Below, piece by piece: positions 1-11,470 of a stretch of 64,000 bases of DNA. The first letter of the stretch is position 1. The number at the start of each line of letters is the position of its first letter. The DNA is taken from assembly GCA_051530055.1 (NCBI GenBank), contig CM121341.1, positions 10,518,784 through 10,582,783 of the forward strand, written 5' to 3'. The notes below the pieces were generated by a model. The model saw only the letters and a list, made by a program, of their open reading frames with translations. It made no database searches and was not told the origin of the DNA. Source of the DNA: Neoechinorhynchus agilis. Lineage: Eukaryota; Animalia; Acanthocephala. A program made the translations under genes and the position numbers.

Positions 1-348
1 ATGGCTTATTGGTTTTTATCAATCATCTGCCGATTATCACTTGCTCCTTCATCATTGAACGAACGAGAGTTCACTGAAATGACAGTCAAGAGGATGCAGC
101 GTGGCTTTAAAAATGGTTGAGATGCAAGGTGGTAACAAATTATTGTATTTTAAATTATCCCCCATAAGCGATAAATGTCTTTACCGTTTTTTCTTACTTT
201 AGACGAGTAGAACGCGAAAAGCAATATTAAAAACGATCATCGATGTCATTTTTAACTCGAATTGCTTAAATCTCTTTTCATGATCATCATTGAAGAATAC
301 AATTGTGTCTCTTTTCTTATAGCGTAAACGTGGCTCGGTCGGTTACAT

Positions 349-1440
349 TTATCGGTGTAAACTAAGTTGCCCTACAAGGCTGAATTTGGGCACACCGTCC
401 ACCGATTTTTGTCCCAAGGTGAGATTTATTATCGTTGTTTCTGTATGTTTTCTCCTTTGCCCACAGTCTACATTCTACTTTACTGAGAGTGGGTAAAGTT
501 ATGGTAATAAATGGATAAGTTTGCTGCAATGTTTAGATGATCACCGGTGTAAATGAAGTTGCCCTTCACGGCTGAATTTTTATCACATATCCCACCGATT
601 TTGGTCCCAAGGTGAGATTTATTATCGTTGTTTCTGCATGTTTTCGCCTTAGCCCACAGTCTACATTCTACTTTACTGAGAGTGGGTAGAGTTATGGTAA
701 TAAATGGATAAGTTTGCTGCAATGTTTAGATGATCACCGGTGTAAATGAAGTTGCCCTTCACGGCTGAATTTTTATCACATATCCCACCGATTTTGGTCC
801 CAAGGTGAGATTTATTATCGTTGTTTCTGCATGTTTTCGCCTTAGCCCACAGTCTATATTCTACTTTACTGAGAGTGGGTAGAGTTATGGTAATAAATGG
901 ATAAGTTTGCTGCAATGTTTAGATGATCACTGGTGTAAATGAAGTTGCCCTTCACGGCTGAATTTTTATCACATATCCCACCGATTTTGGTCCCAAGGTG
1001 AGATTTATTATCGTTGTTTCTGCATGTTTTCGCCTTAGCCCACAGTCTACATTCTACTTTACTGAGAGTGGGTAGAGTTATGGTAATAAATGGATAAGTT
1101 TGCTGCAATGTTTAGATGATCACGGGTAATGAAGTTGCCCTTCACGGCTGAATTTTTATCACATATCCCACCGATTTTGGTCCCAAGGTGAGATTTATTA
1201 TCGTTGTTTCTGCATGTTTTCGCCTTAGCCCACAGTCTACATTCTACTTTACTGAGAGTGGGTAGAGTTATGGTAATAAATGGATGTTTGCTGCAATGTT
1301 TAGATGATCACCGGTGTAAATGAAGTTGCCCTACACAGATGAATTTAGGCTAGCAGCGCACCGATTTTGGTCTCAAGGATAGATTTATTGCTGTTGTTTC
1401 TGTATGTTTTTTCCTTACTCTACTGTCTACATTACCATAT
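349..1440. repeat. Tandem array of a 193-bp unit (~5.5 copies), MITE-derived satellite
   Basis: Near-identical ORFs recur at 480, 673 and 866 (193-bp offset). The unit contains the TIR-like motif CACGGCTGAATTT..CCACCGATTTTGGTCCCAAGG also found in the element at 21250-21432. Confidence 0.95.
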
Positions 1441-1945
1441 GGCGAAGTTTGAACATCCGCTGTTGTGCCGATGTGATCCAGTGGACCACAGTTCCTAATC
1501 CCTGTTTGAGTCAAGGGATCTCGAAGCGCTTATCTTTGATGACTTGCAACCAAAGGGGACGAAATACAGCTGAAGGGAGGCGAAAACTTGCTGATAAGTA
1601 CCGCCTCCTCGGGAGGTATCTGAGAGTCCGGAGGGATTGTTACAAACTCATAATCGTACGGTCTTGGGCATTGATCGTAGACCAGCGCTTCCCAGACCGA
1701 AATTGGTGGACGGTGTGCCCAAATTCAGCTGTGTAGGGCAACTTAGTTTACACCGGCAATCATGTACGCATTGCAGCAAACATCCATTTATTACCATAAC
1801 TTTACCCACTCTCAGTAAAGTAGAATGTAGACTGTGGGCAAAGGAGAAAACATACAGAAACAACGATAATAAATCTCACCTTGGGACCAAAATCGGTGGG
1901 ATATGTGCCCAAATTCAGCTGTGAAGGGCAACTTCATTTACATTT
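1311..1945 (-). mobile_element. TIR-bounded non-autonomous element, copy 1 (core with coding remnant)
   Basis: ~65-bp inverted repeats at 1311-1378 and 1690-1756, with a further right-end copy at ~1860-1940. The core is homologous to 2620-2880 and 19160-19390. Confidence 0.7.
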
Positions 1946-2459
1946 GAATTGATATACATGCTCTAAAACCGTTAATTACATTCTTAGTTCTTGGAAAGTA
2001 AGATTTACTTAGCTTCCAAAAGAACAAATTTTCCAGTTTATGCAAGTGTGTTTCTGTCGACGACATAATATTTATTCAATCATTGCTTAATCGTTTTCAG
2101 ATATCAGTTTCAATTTTATGGAGAGCGATTTAAGTAACAAGAATTGATCAACAAAGTCAAGTAGTCACTTGAAATGCTTAAACGGCTGGTTGGTTTTCTT
2201 TCTAAAACCCGCGTATAAAATAATACATTGCCAAAACTTGTTTCTGCGTAAAAACTTCGGGTATCTTCCTATAATTTAAAAAGTGCTGAATATGAGGGTC
2301 TTTAAATAGAAAGCTTTTCAAAATGCTCCCTTGAAAGTTTCGAAAGAGCCGTTTGCGAGATAAAATATTTCTGTAATTTTGGCATTGATATAAAGGTAGT
2401 AAAAGACTCGGATATTTATTGGAAAAATCCCAATAAATTTTAGTTTATATGAAGTCTGG

Positions 2460-2930
2460 TTAGTCGGTTACTTTTTTGTATTAAGTGTTGTGAACATCCC
2501 TTCCACGGCTTATAATTTTCCTTGGGCACACAGCTCATCGATCGATATGTGCGCCCATGGAAAATTATCAGCCGTGGAAGGGATTTTTTACAGCACAGGC
2601 TAAAAACTGGCAGAGTTTGTACAGTCCGTTGTTGTGTCGATGTGGTCTTGTGGATTTGAAACCCGAATTTCCATTTCAGAGTTAAAGGGTTAAAAATCAA
2701 CAATCGCCGATGACTCATAACCAAAGGGGACGAGATACTTCGCTGGAGGGAGAAAACTCACAGATAAGTCCCGCCTCCTCGGGAGGTATCTGAGGATTTG
2801 CAGGGATGAGTACAAAGCTCATAAAGCGCGTACGGATCAAGATATGAAGTGATTCAGTCACTTCCTTGGCTCAGATTGGTGGTTGGCTGTGTACCTCGAA
2901 TGAAAACTATCAGCCGTGTAAGGGATGTTA
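2460..2930 (-). mobile_element. TIR-bounded element, copy 2 (diverged)
   Basis: AACATCCCTTCCACGGCT (2493) and AGCCGTGTAAGGGATGTT (ends 2929) are inverted, with an internal fold-back copy at ~2545-2585. The core shares CCGCCTCCTCGGGAGGTATCTGAG and AACCAAAGGGGACGA with copy 1. Confidence 0.65.
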
Positions 2931-3039
2931 TTCCGAGTTTTCACTTTTTATTTCCATTGTCGGTTTATAATTGATTTCTACCCGTCATTCTAAGTGACCT
3001 TGCTGATCATTCACTGAACAAAATGTCGGATCATCGCAG

Positions 3040-3285
3040 CTAACATCAACTCTATATACGTTTATTTATTTAGTGGTTGCAATGGCAACTTTTCCCATCA
3101 GCGTATTCTTCTTATCTTCTTATCTACTAAAGCGATTCCAATTCACAACCGATCACAACGTAAACGTTGTCTCGTGTGTTTGTGCACTTGTTATGGTCTA
3201 CGCTGTCGTTGGTCTCTATGTTATGAACGTTTGGAGGGAAGATGTTATAGACGATTCCAACATTGTCGAAAAAAAGAGAGAATAA
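3040..3285 (+). CDS. VMA21: V-ATPase assembly factor VMA21 (5' start not resolved)
   Basis: LTSTLYTFIYLVVAMATFPISVFF...VSCVCALVMVYAVVGLYVMNVWRE: two TM segments and a C-terminal KKRE (KKxx ER-retrieval motif). No in-frame ATG upstream of 3082; possible acceptor CAG at 3037-3039. Confidence 0.75.
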   Translation, partial: LTSTLYTFIYLVVAMATFPISVFFLSSYLLKRFQFTTDHNVNVVSCVCALVMVYAVVGLYVMNVWREDVIDDSNIVEKKRE

Positions 3286-4365
3286 ATCATGCGCTTTTAT
3301 TGAAATTCCTAATCATATACCTTAATAGTGCGAAGAAGATTTCAGATAAGTGGATAACTGGCAATTCTATTAGGACGAAAAAGCTTATACGCAACAAGCG
3401 ATAAGATTGTAGAAGCATAAACGATAGCATATTGTCTTCTTTGATGAATTCGCTGATCCGTTTTTGTTTTTTTGTTTTGAATTCATGAATGCGATTGCAA
3501 ATACCAAAAATTCTTTGACCTATCGAAAAAACAAAAGTTCCTTTTTGGGTGATACTCTTATTAAGGAACTTTTATTTTTGGCTATAGTATTCGGTTCTAA
3601 ATCCGGGATTTGTGATCTCTTTCTCGACGACTCTAAGTCCAATTCCTCGTAAGTTGGTTCGCTTTTTATATCAGCTCTAACGTCGTGCTTGTTCGATTGC
3701 TTCCTTACTTTGGATGTAAGTCCTTTAAATTTAATACGTCTTTTTGAGTCCTGTTCCGGTTGACGCCGAATACCCGTATATTCTGTAGCCCTTCTGCGTT
3801 CTCTCATGCGGACTTCTTTTTCGTCATCATCGATAATCACACTGGATTTTACTGAAACAGAAGATGAAGCTCGAAATTGTCGCATCGTTGCGACTTCATC
3901 GACTTCAGACTCATCTACCGTGTAGACATCGGAGACCAGCATCGATTTAACTTTTGGAACAGATTTTTCAGAAATTTTAGATTCTAACATGTTGGCTGCT
4001 ATCACTCTTGGAACGTCCGGAATTTTGGGAGGTAGCGGCGCTGACATCTCATTTTTCGACTCCTGTTTCACTCTTAGTTCATCGTTTACATGAGGTGGCA
4101 TTGTTGAATTGGATTCAGCAACCCTTGATGGTTCTACTTCGAGGACTTCAGGATCTAGGGGTAGTTGCACCTCAGAAGATTCAATAACCTGTGGTGTTTT
4201 TATTATGTTAACTTCGGCATCATGAGGTGGCTTTACTTCAGCCGTATTTGAAACCTGGGATTGCTTCACAGCTTCAATACTTTCATGAGTGTTCTTTTCA
4301 TCAACTTCAGATACTGAAGGCGTATTAGCCGAAAGATTTTCCTGGATTTGAGGTTCGCTTCGCAT
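3284..4365 (-). CDS. Uncharacterised low-complexity (E/P/S/K-rich) protein, probably with a downstream exon ending near 3284
   Basis: 281-aa ORF at 3520-4365 ends in TTTTTTCGATAG, which resembles an acceptor. A further open frame (GQRIFGIC...RNFNKSA*) follows. No family recognised. Confidence 0.5.
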
Positions 4366-5151
4366 ACTTATGGAATTTAGAGAACTTTTCTCAAGTGTCG
4401 AAAATCAGGCGCCAGCACTTTTTGCTAAGTTATAAGGCATTCGTTAATGAGTCTCAACGTTTTTGAATCACATTACAATGACGATTCGCCAAATGGTCGA
4501 CTCACTGTGTTGCTCATGGAAGTATTCTTGCGATCACAAAAATTCTACCCAAAAATACCACGGTGTAACAACCAAGAAGTCGTATATGACGAATATTATT
4601 ACCCATTTTAGTTTCGATGAACCACAAAGCAATCCTATTTTGCTTTTTCTTTGTTTTCTAGGTGTTTCATCGGATTTGAAGAAGATAATATTGAAGATAA
4701 ATTGCTTTTGTACAAGAAAAATTCGCTTTGGTGATGTTAATGCAAAAATCTACTCTTGTGAAATACTAAGTTATTTTCTAGCCGCATGATTGATAAAGTT
4801 TTGTTTTAAAATTGACACTTGGGGCGGGCTGTTGTAATGATAAAGAAAAAGAAAATCTTTCTAAAAGACACTTAGAAATATTTTTATTTCGAAGTTTTCG
4901 TCGTCTTACGGCCTCCTCACGAATTGTTTAAATAGCGTAAATAAAACACTTAAACAACGTCTGAGGAAGCCATAAGATGACGAAAGCCTGGAAATAGAGA
5001 TTTTCTTTATTTTTATCATTACAACAGCCGGCCAAAGTGTCAATTTGAAAACAAAGCACAAATTTAGTTATTGAGATCTCAGTGTAGTCTTGAGTAATCA
5101 CTGGATGATTTAAATGTTGTTGACGGCGGAAAAAAAACTTATTTTTTAGCA

Positions 5152-8100
5152 TAATTTCTTTACTGTAATACTTCGATCTGCAATCTACAATTTTGTGAAC
5201 CCAGTAATTGGAGTTATATGCGTTTCTTGCTCCTGTCTTAACTCTGCATACGCTGTACATTTCTTATAAAATATCTTACAGAATTTCTACCTACTGCTTT
5301 AATTTTCACAAACAGCATCGACGGACGAATCATTTATAGGCCGTTATACATCATGATCTAAAAATCAGTCGTAAATAAGTAGAATGATCAATTTTTGCCA
5401 TATAAAATACACTTACGTGTATAAACATTAAGAGCTTATTCCCACAAAGCCTGAAGCATTTCTTCAGTGAAATCATCGACTGGAATTTTGAAACTGTCAT
5501 TTATATCAATTGTTGGTACCTCTGGCTGCTTATATTCTAACAGATCGTCTTCTTCAACTACAATATCAAAACAATCCGTGTTTTGGATCATATCAAAAAT
5601 TTCTTTGTATTCCTCCGTACATTCTAAGCCGTCCGCATATAGTCCGTCGGACGATAACTTAACCCCAACCAAATAATCTTCTTCCACTTCAATTACTGGC
5701 TTTAAAACACTGAACCAATCCGGGAGCTCTCTCATTCCAGTCAACAACTTTTTCCTTTTTGTCATATATCCTATCGCGACCTTAAAATTATCATTATCGT
5801 CCTTTCTCGATTTCGATTTTTTCTTCGATATCGACGACAATATACCCGATTTCTTGCGCTTCTTTACCTTTTTGCAGAAATAATTGCAGTGTCCCAAATC
5901 TTCACGCTCAAAGAAATTCAATTTCAAGACATTCTGTGGATAATTTATGGTTGGATTAACGTAGAGTGCATCTAGTATTTTCAAGTATTTCTGATTGAAC
6001 TTTGCTAAAATCTGCCTGCATTCATTGACTTCATCGCTGGCACCATATCTACGTTTCATATTCGTATAACACATTGGACAATCCATATCATCGCTATCGC
6101 CAGTCAAAGCACCGGCTTTGAGTACAATATCGGCGTGAAAGTTGGTTAAAATGTGCTGACAATATGGGCATTTGTACCAAATCTCTACCCCGGGCCCAAG
6201 CTTCGCTTCATCGGGATCAATAGTATGACTGTCGAGCTTAGTCCGCATCATCTTGAGTTTCACCCGAAGAATATTAGCAGCCAAATGTGGGTATAGCTGG
6301 TAGTAGGTGTACCGCTTCAATTTCATTCCATGCGCCGGTAAACGTTTTTTGCGCTGTTGAGCTTCCTCTTCGGTCACCTTCACTCTTACCGTTCGAATTT
6401 TTGTCCTTATAATATGATCCCGGATCAAAAATGCTAATCCTTTCCGAACCTGATTTAGATGAAGTCCGCACATATCGGCGAGATCAACATCTCGTATGCA
6501 AGGATACATGATCAAATAATCAATCAAAATCCAGGTATCAATACTTGGAAAATTATAACGAACAGTTGTACGAAGTGCATCTGCAACCTCGCGATCCAAT
6601 CGAACAATATCGACCTCTTGTCTATCTTCTTTTTCGTTTTTCGTGTTTTCACCCTTTTCAGGATCCGTGACCGTATCTCCCTTCGATGTCTCTGGTTCCT
6701 TTAAATCAATCGTTTCGTCTGTTTCCTTAGCGATCCTTCGGAGTTTTGGAAATGTGAATATAGGATCAACTTCTAAGTTAGGCTCAACAAATATCATTGA
6801 ACGTTTACACCAATTCAATGGAGGATATTCTCTCTTGGGCGTAACTATTTCACAGGAATGATCTTCGTCGTCCGAAGAATCGACTTCTCCGAGTGAAGGG
6901 ACCATTAAATCATCACCAGAGTCTTTACTTACTACTCCTGGTTCAACTTTTATGTTTCGAATAGGGCTCTTGGGTTTGGAAACTCTACTTCCGGTGCTAT
7001 GAGAACTCACTGCCGTCGAAGTTTCCACGCATTTCTTGCTAATTTCAAGCAGACCACTGAGTATTGTCAAGGTACCTTGCGCCTTTAAGCTTCTGGCTGG
7101 GAGCCGAGGGATACAAGGCGCTGCACATTCTCCACGCATACGTTTTGCTCCGGAATCATCAATGCATGGTTCTTGTTTGATTTCGGCATAAGCTCGTTTC
7201 GATCCCTTATTCTCAGCTACGGAATCCATTATAAAATACGTTTGTAAATCTGAAAACTATGGTGAACGGAAAAGTAGCGAGCGAACGATATTATATTGAA
7301 ATCGTATTTGCAAGGCAAGGTTGAATAGCTACTGAACACATACACAGCGGTTTGGATGTTAGTCGCGCAAACAAATGCAACGTGATAAACACTTTACTTA
7401 TAGGTTTAATCAAATTGGACGATAAAATGTTGATCTTTAGATTTTTAAGGTGCAGTTAATTATAATATTTTCGTTCCTTATAAAAAGATTGACGATTTAA
7501 TGGTCACTTTATTGCTTTCCTTTTATTTTCTACATTATTAAACGTTCTGCTCAAAATGTCTTTAATTCAGTTCGTTTAGAATTTCCTTAAAGGCAAATGA
7601 AACTTTCCAATCTAAAAGTGAGTTTAGTTTTCCCTTCTTAAAAACTTTATATACTGATGAAATATATTATTCTGAATGTGTATATAAAGTTTAAATATCA
7701 TTATCTGCATTTCAACATTCTCAAATCCTGAACGTATCTATAGCCGTTTCAGTTTTCTCGGCACAAAACGAACGACTCCACTCGATTAACTAACTTCTAT
7801 CTACGATAACGTTACCTTATGTAGTCACAGCGGTAATAATGTTGATCATCTTAGAAAATACTGATCAGCGTATTAAAAACAATTTTCTTACTCTATTGTA
7901 GAAAATGAGCAATACAGAGTAACGCGTATTTTCTCTCTCCCGTATTATTGTCAAAAACACAATTTTTGATTTGGAAAACAAAACCAATTTCCTTGACGAT
8001 AATGACGCTTGAATCTTTTTAACATTTTACTATCGAGAATCAATGAAGTCTAACATCGTATAAATTTACCTCATTCGATTGTTAATCAAGATTAATTTCT

Positions 8101-9492
8101 AATACAAAGACATCGAATGATTTTGAGTATTGCTTGAATTTCCTTTCCTGCAATTATCCATTTAGTACATTAGGAAAACACGAAGCTCTCGCGAATTGTC
8201 GAATATATAACCGCGTATTATCTGTTACACCGAGTTGAAATTATACTTCATAAGATTAGCCAATGTTTTAGTAAAGGCTTTTTGATAAGCTCGTTGTTAT
8301 TGCTCCAGTTGCCGCCGATTAAATAATTTATTGCTCACGTAAACTGTAGTGGTTTTGAACGCAAACATTTACACACGAATCAACGGTTCACATAATTAGT
8401 GTTCACGAGATTCAGAAGATAAATTGATGTCCAAGAAAAGCCTCCTCATAGGATAAATTGTTAATTCCTTAAAATATATGCATGTGAATTTAAGCTGAAT
8501 TACTCTGGCTATAATGTCAAATAACGAAATTATTATCGTCTGAAATTGCTGAACACATCATCCATTGGAATGATCAACGTAAACAGTAATGACTCAATGG
8601 CACGATGTTTTTTAGATTGCCAAACCTTCTGCGGAACTATTTTTACGGTTTACTTAAAATATTTCTTTATATGTTTCGATAATTGTTTTCAAATAACTAT
8701 TTTTAAATTGTTTTTGAAAAGAATCAAGATGATTTATTTTTGCTCAGTATTCTAAACTGAAAATCAATAAAAAAAATGGAGGTAATTTTTTGTCGTATTT
8801 GGTTAGTTTTTATAGTTGGTATTATGTCCAAAAAATGATGATCTATAGCTTTCAGTTAGAGTTTCAACTAAAAATTTAAACTCAATAATCGATAATCTTG
8901 AAAAATGTTCCTTTTTAAAAAAATTTTAAATATGAGAGTTTAGTACAAATTTTTGAGCATATCAGTATCAATGCTTATCGATTTTATTAGTCTTTGGTTT
9001 CAATTTGTGGGTTCTAATCAAACAAAGAGCTATTTAATCAACTTAACCAACATCAATGAAGCGAACCCCATGCAAAATACTCCATATCAATCCCAGGTTT
9101 GATTCCACTGACCAATTACAGAGCAGAGTTTATGTTTATTTCCACTTCCTTTGAAAAAATATTTGCGATTACAAACAAGTAAAAAGATGCAATTTTTATG
9201 TTGCATTTGCGACCACTCGCGATTTAATGTTAATAACTTTTTGCGACCACTCGCGATTTAGTGTTAATAACTTTTATCAAATTTAGCCCTATTCAACTGT
9301 TAATTCTTTATATTAATTCCTTTAAGTCCCTCAACCTAATTTGCACTTCAAAGGCGTTCTTTATTCTAATAATAAACTTGCAGAAATGTACAAAATATCT
9401 GTATTTTATGTGTTCAAGCAACCTTGTCCTCATGGTGCTTAAAGGTATAATCTCCTTTATAGCGAATCGAATGGTAGTTGTCTATTGGGACG
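5152..9492. repeat. Inverted segmental duplication, arm A (partner 26494-30834)
   Basis: Mirror coordinates sum to 35986 throughout (e.g. 5436+30550, 7229+28757); only scattered SNPs. Confidence 0.95.
5436..7229 (-). CDS. GTF2E1: Transcription initiation factor IIE alpha subunit (intronless, copy A)
   Basis: Winged-helix region ILIDYL..YPCIRDVDLADMC.LHLNQVRKGL.FL, zinc ribbon YKCPYC...CPMC, acidic C-terminus. Confidence 0.85.
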   Translation of the reverse strand: MDSVAENKGSKRAYAEIKQEPCIDDSGAKRMRGECAAPCIPRLPARSLKAQGTLTILSGLLEISKKCVETSTAVSSHSTGSRVSKPKSPIRNIKVEPGVVSKDSGDDLMVPSLGEVDSSDDEDHSCEIVTPKREYPPLNWCKRSMIFVEPNLEVDPIFTFPKLRRIAKETDETIDLKEPETSKGDTVTDPEKGENTKNEKEDRQEVDIVRLDREVADALRTTVRYNFPSIDTWILIDYLIMYPCIRDVDLADMCGLHLNQVRKGLAFLIRDHIIRTKIRTVRVKVTEEEAQQRKKRLPAHGMKLKRYTYYQLYPHLAANILRVKLKMMRTKLDSHTIDPDEAKLGPGVEIWYKCPYCQHILTNFHADIVLKAGALTGDSDDMDCPMCYTNMKRRYGASDEVNECRQILAKFNQKYLKILDALYVNPTINYPQNVLKLNFFEREDLGHCNYFCKKVKKRKKSGILSSISKKKSKSRKDDNDNFKVAIGYMTKRKKLLTGMRELPDWFSVLKPVIEVEEDYLVGVKLSSDGLYADGLECTEEYKEIFDMIQNTDCFDIVVEEDDLLEYKQPEVPTIDINDSFKIPVDDFTEEMLQALWE

Positions 9493-9934
9493 TGTGGATA
9501 ACTAGTTTATTTTGCAATACTTGTCCCCGATGCGCTGAATTAGCAGGCTAGAAATCTTATCGATATATTTAAATGTCCAAAAATCCCAATATTTGCACAA
9601 CTTTGGTGAGTGTCATCGACAATATTCGGGTTGCGGAATACCCCAAGTTGTCTTCTGTCGAAAATTCGATTGAATGTCTATCGATGAGTATTTAATATTG
9701 GACAGTGAACGGTTATTCCCTTTTAATCCATCTAACACCGCTATGTTTTTAAAAACAATAATCGTGATCGATTGTAAATATCGTAATGTGTTTGGTTGGT
9801 CAGGTAATTGATAACTTTTCAGTTTAAGCATCCTGAAAAATATCAACCTTTTCGTCGATTTTAGTGATTCTATTATCATGCATTTTATTCTGATTAAAAG
9901 TTAATTATTTAAGAATTATTGTATGTCGAGTATT

Positions 9935-10230
9935 TTATAACTGATGATGAGCCCGACGAGGTTCGAAACGTCTTTAATAAATTATCAATTAATAATTATT
10001 CTTTTGGTCTTCACTCAGTAAATAATTTTTTATTAAAAACCTTTCCAAGCTCATCGAGTTCATCATCAGTTTGCTTGTTAGTTTTCTCAACTGTGAATGG
10101 GAGTTAAAAAAACTAACAAACAAACTGTTGATGAACTCGACGAGGTTCGAAACATTTTAATAAAAGAATATTTACCAGGTGAAGACTTAAAGAATAACCC
10201 CAGTACCTCACATATCGACATTTTTATATT
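9935..10230. ncRNA. Cluster of three minimal hammerhead-ribozyme motifs in a Penelope-type mini-element
   Basis: 9941-9972 CTGATGAT-GAGCC cgacga GGTTC-GAAACGTC (+). Degenerate copies at 10038-10069 (-) and 10125-10156 (+). Flanks are shared with 19630-19850 and 31260-31345. Stem I is weak. Confidence 0.65.
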
Positions 10231-10726
10231 ATTCGTTTTCACAATTTTTATAATTACGATTCTTAATCTCGGGTTATTGCATTCAATCGATACCGACAGG
10301 TGAATTAATAAGGCTCCTGCCACAAAATTTGGATGCATTTTAAAACATCTATTAAGCAAGAGTAATATAATTAACTCTGATGTGAGAGCGGACATTGATT
10401 AGTGGCGTGGGAAAAGAATTTGTTTGATGGTCTTCGCCAGTGAATTCGCACACTTAAATTAGCCTGTCGAAAAATCTTTATATTAAATTCTTTTCTCGAT
10501 AAGACGCTTTTATATTGCCTTTAATTAAATCAACAGGGGATTAGATACTGTATATTATATTACCTGTATTTTCTGATAAATGAGTGTCGGTTATTTTCTT
10601 TGAAAAATATAAGCAAACCAGAGTTAATATTCTACAAAAACAGGCATTTTATAAATTCTTTTTTTAAAATCGTACAAAAAGTATTGACAAGTAATATGGA
10701 GTTTTTGTTTTTAAAGCAAGCGCCAT

Positions 10727-11470
10727 TCAACATCTTCTTATTCTTCCTTTCGAAACAGTTTTCTTTGGTTTAGATTCGAGTGGTTGAATGCAAGGCGAGA
10801 ATGGATGATAATCTGAGAAACAAAGAGTACAGTAACTAATTCCGCATGATCGATATCCACATTGTCCACGTTGATGATCCATGTCCTCCAAAGACCTCCG
10901 CCTGCATTTTGGACATCTCCAACATCTATAGTTGCGGTCTGAATGTAAAGTGCCGATTAGATTAAAATCAATTTGTTCAATCTCATTGCTCTTCTTTTTC
11001 TTTTTTACTGGCACGCAATTATGAAGCGTCGACGAGAGAACCGGTGCGTCGATATTTCGCTTCCGTTTTTTGCCTTTTGGTCCAACATTTTCCTTGTTTT
11101 CATTGTCGATAATTTGGTGTTCTGGTTCTTTAGGTACCCTCCATTTTCTCTTTCTCGACCGTTGAGCAGTACAGTTTTCTTGGCAGATTTTCTTTTGAAA
11201 CATTTGAGAAATATATTCCGGTGGAGGAATAGTAGGAAGAGACATTCTTTGTTGACGACTAAGTTTAGATACAGGTTTAAACTCTTGCAAGTCATCAGCT
11301 GTTCCTAGCGAATCGCGTTGACCTCGTTTTCTTGCAGTAGTTTCTCGAGATATTCCGTGTCTTACGACAAGAGCAAATAATTCTTTGGATGAATCGAAAT
11401 CCACTGTGTTCATTGATCTAAGGTTCACAAGGTTCATTTTAGTAGGTAATAAGAAAGTGCGATAGACCAT
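10727..11470 (-). CDS. FBXO5: Emi1/FBXO5-like APC/C inhibitor
   Basis: C-terminal ZBR/IBR CPKC...CGYRSCGISYCTLC..DYH...C and basic tail KGRIRRC. VDF..KELF...RH resembles the start of the Emi1 F-box. Confidence 0.65.
   Translation of the reverse strand: MVYRTFLLPTKMNLVNLRSMNTVDFDSSKELFALVVRHGISRETTARKRGQRDSLGTADDLQEFKPVSKLSRQQRMSLPTIPPPEYISQMFQKKICQENCTAQRSRKRKWRVPKEPEHQIIDNENKENVGPKGKKRKRNIDAPVLSSTLHNCVPVKKKKKSNEIEQIDFNLIGTLHSDRNYRCWRCPKCRRRSLEDMDHQRGQCGYRSCGISYCTLCFSDYHPFSPCIQPLESKPKKTVSKGRIRRC

Noticed and set aside
480-1108. Three near-identical 80-aa ORFs
   Set aside because: They are by-products of the 193-bp tandem repeat (period not divisible by 3, overlapping ORFs), not genes.
349-1440. 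CRISPR-like array
   Set aside because: The units are identical along their whole length with no unique spacers, and the context is eukaryotic with no cas genes.
1536-1625. C/D-box snoRNA or HDV ribozyme in the TIR-element core (TGATGA...CTGA; CCTCCTCG)
   Set aside because: The C box is not kept in copy 2, P3 pairing fails, and the substitution pattern fits coding on the opposite strand.
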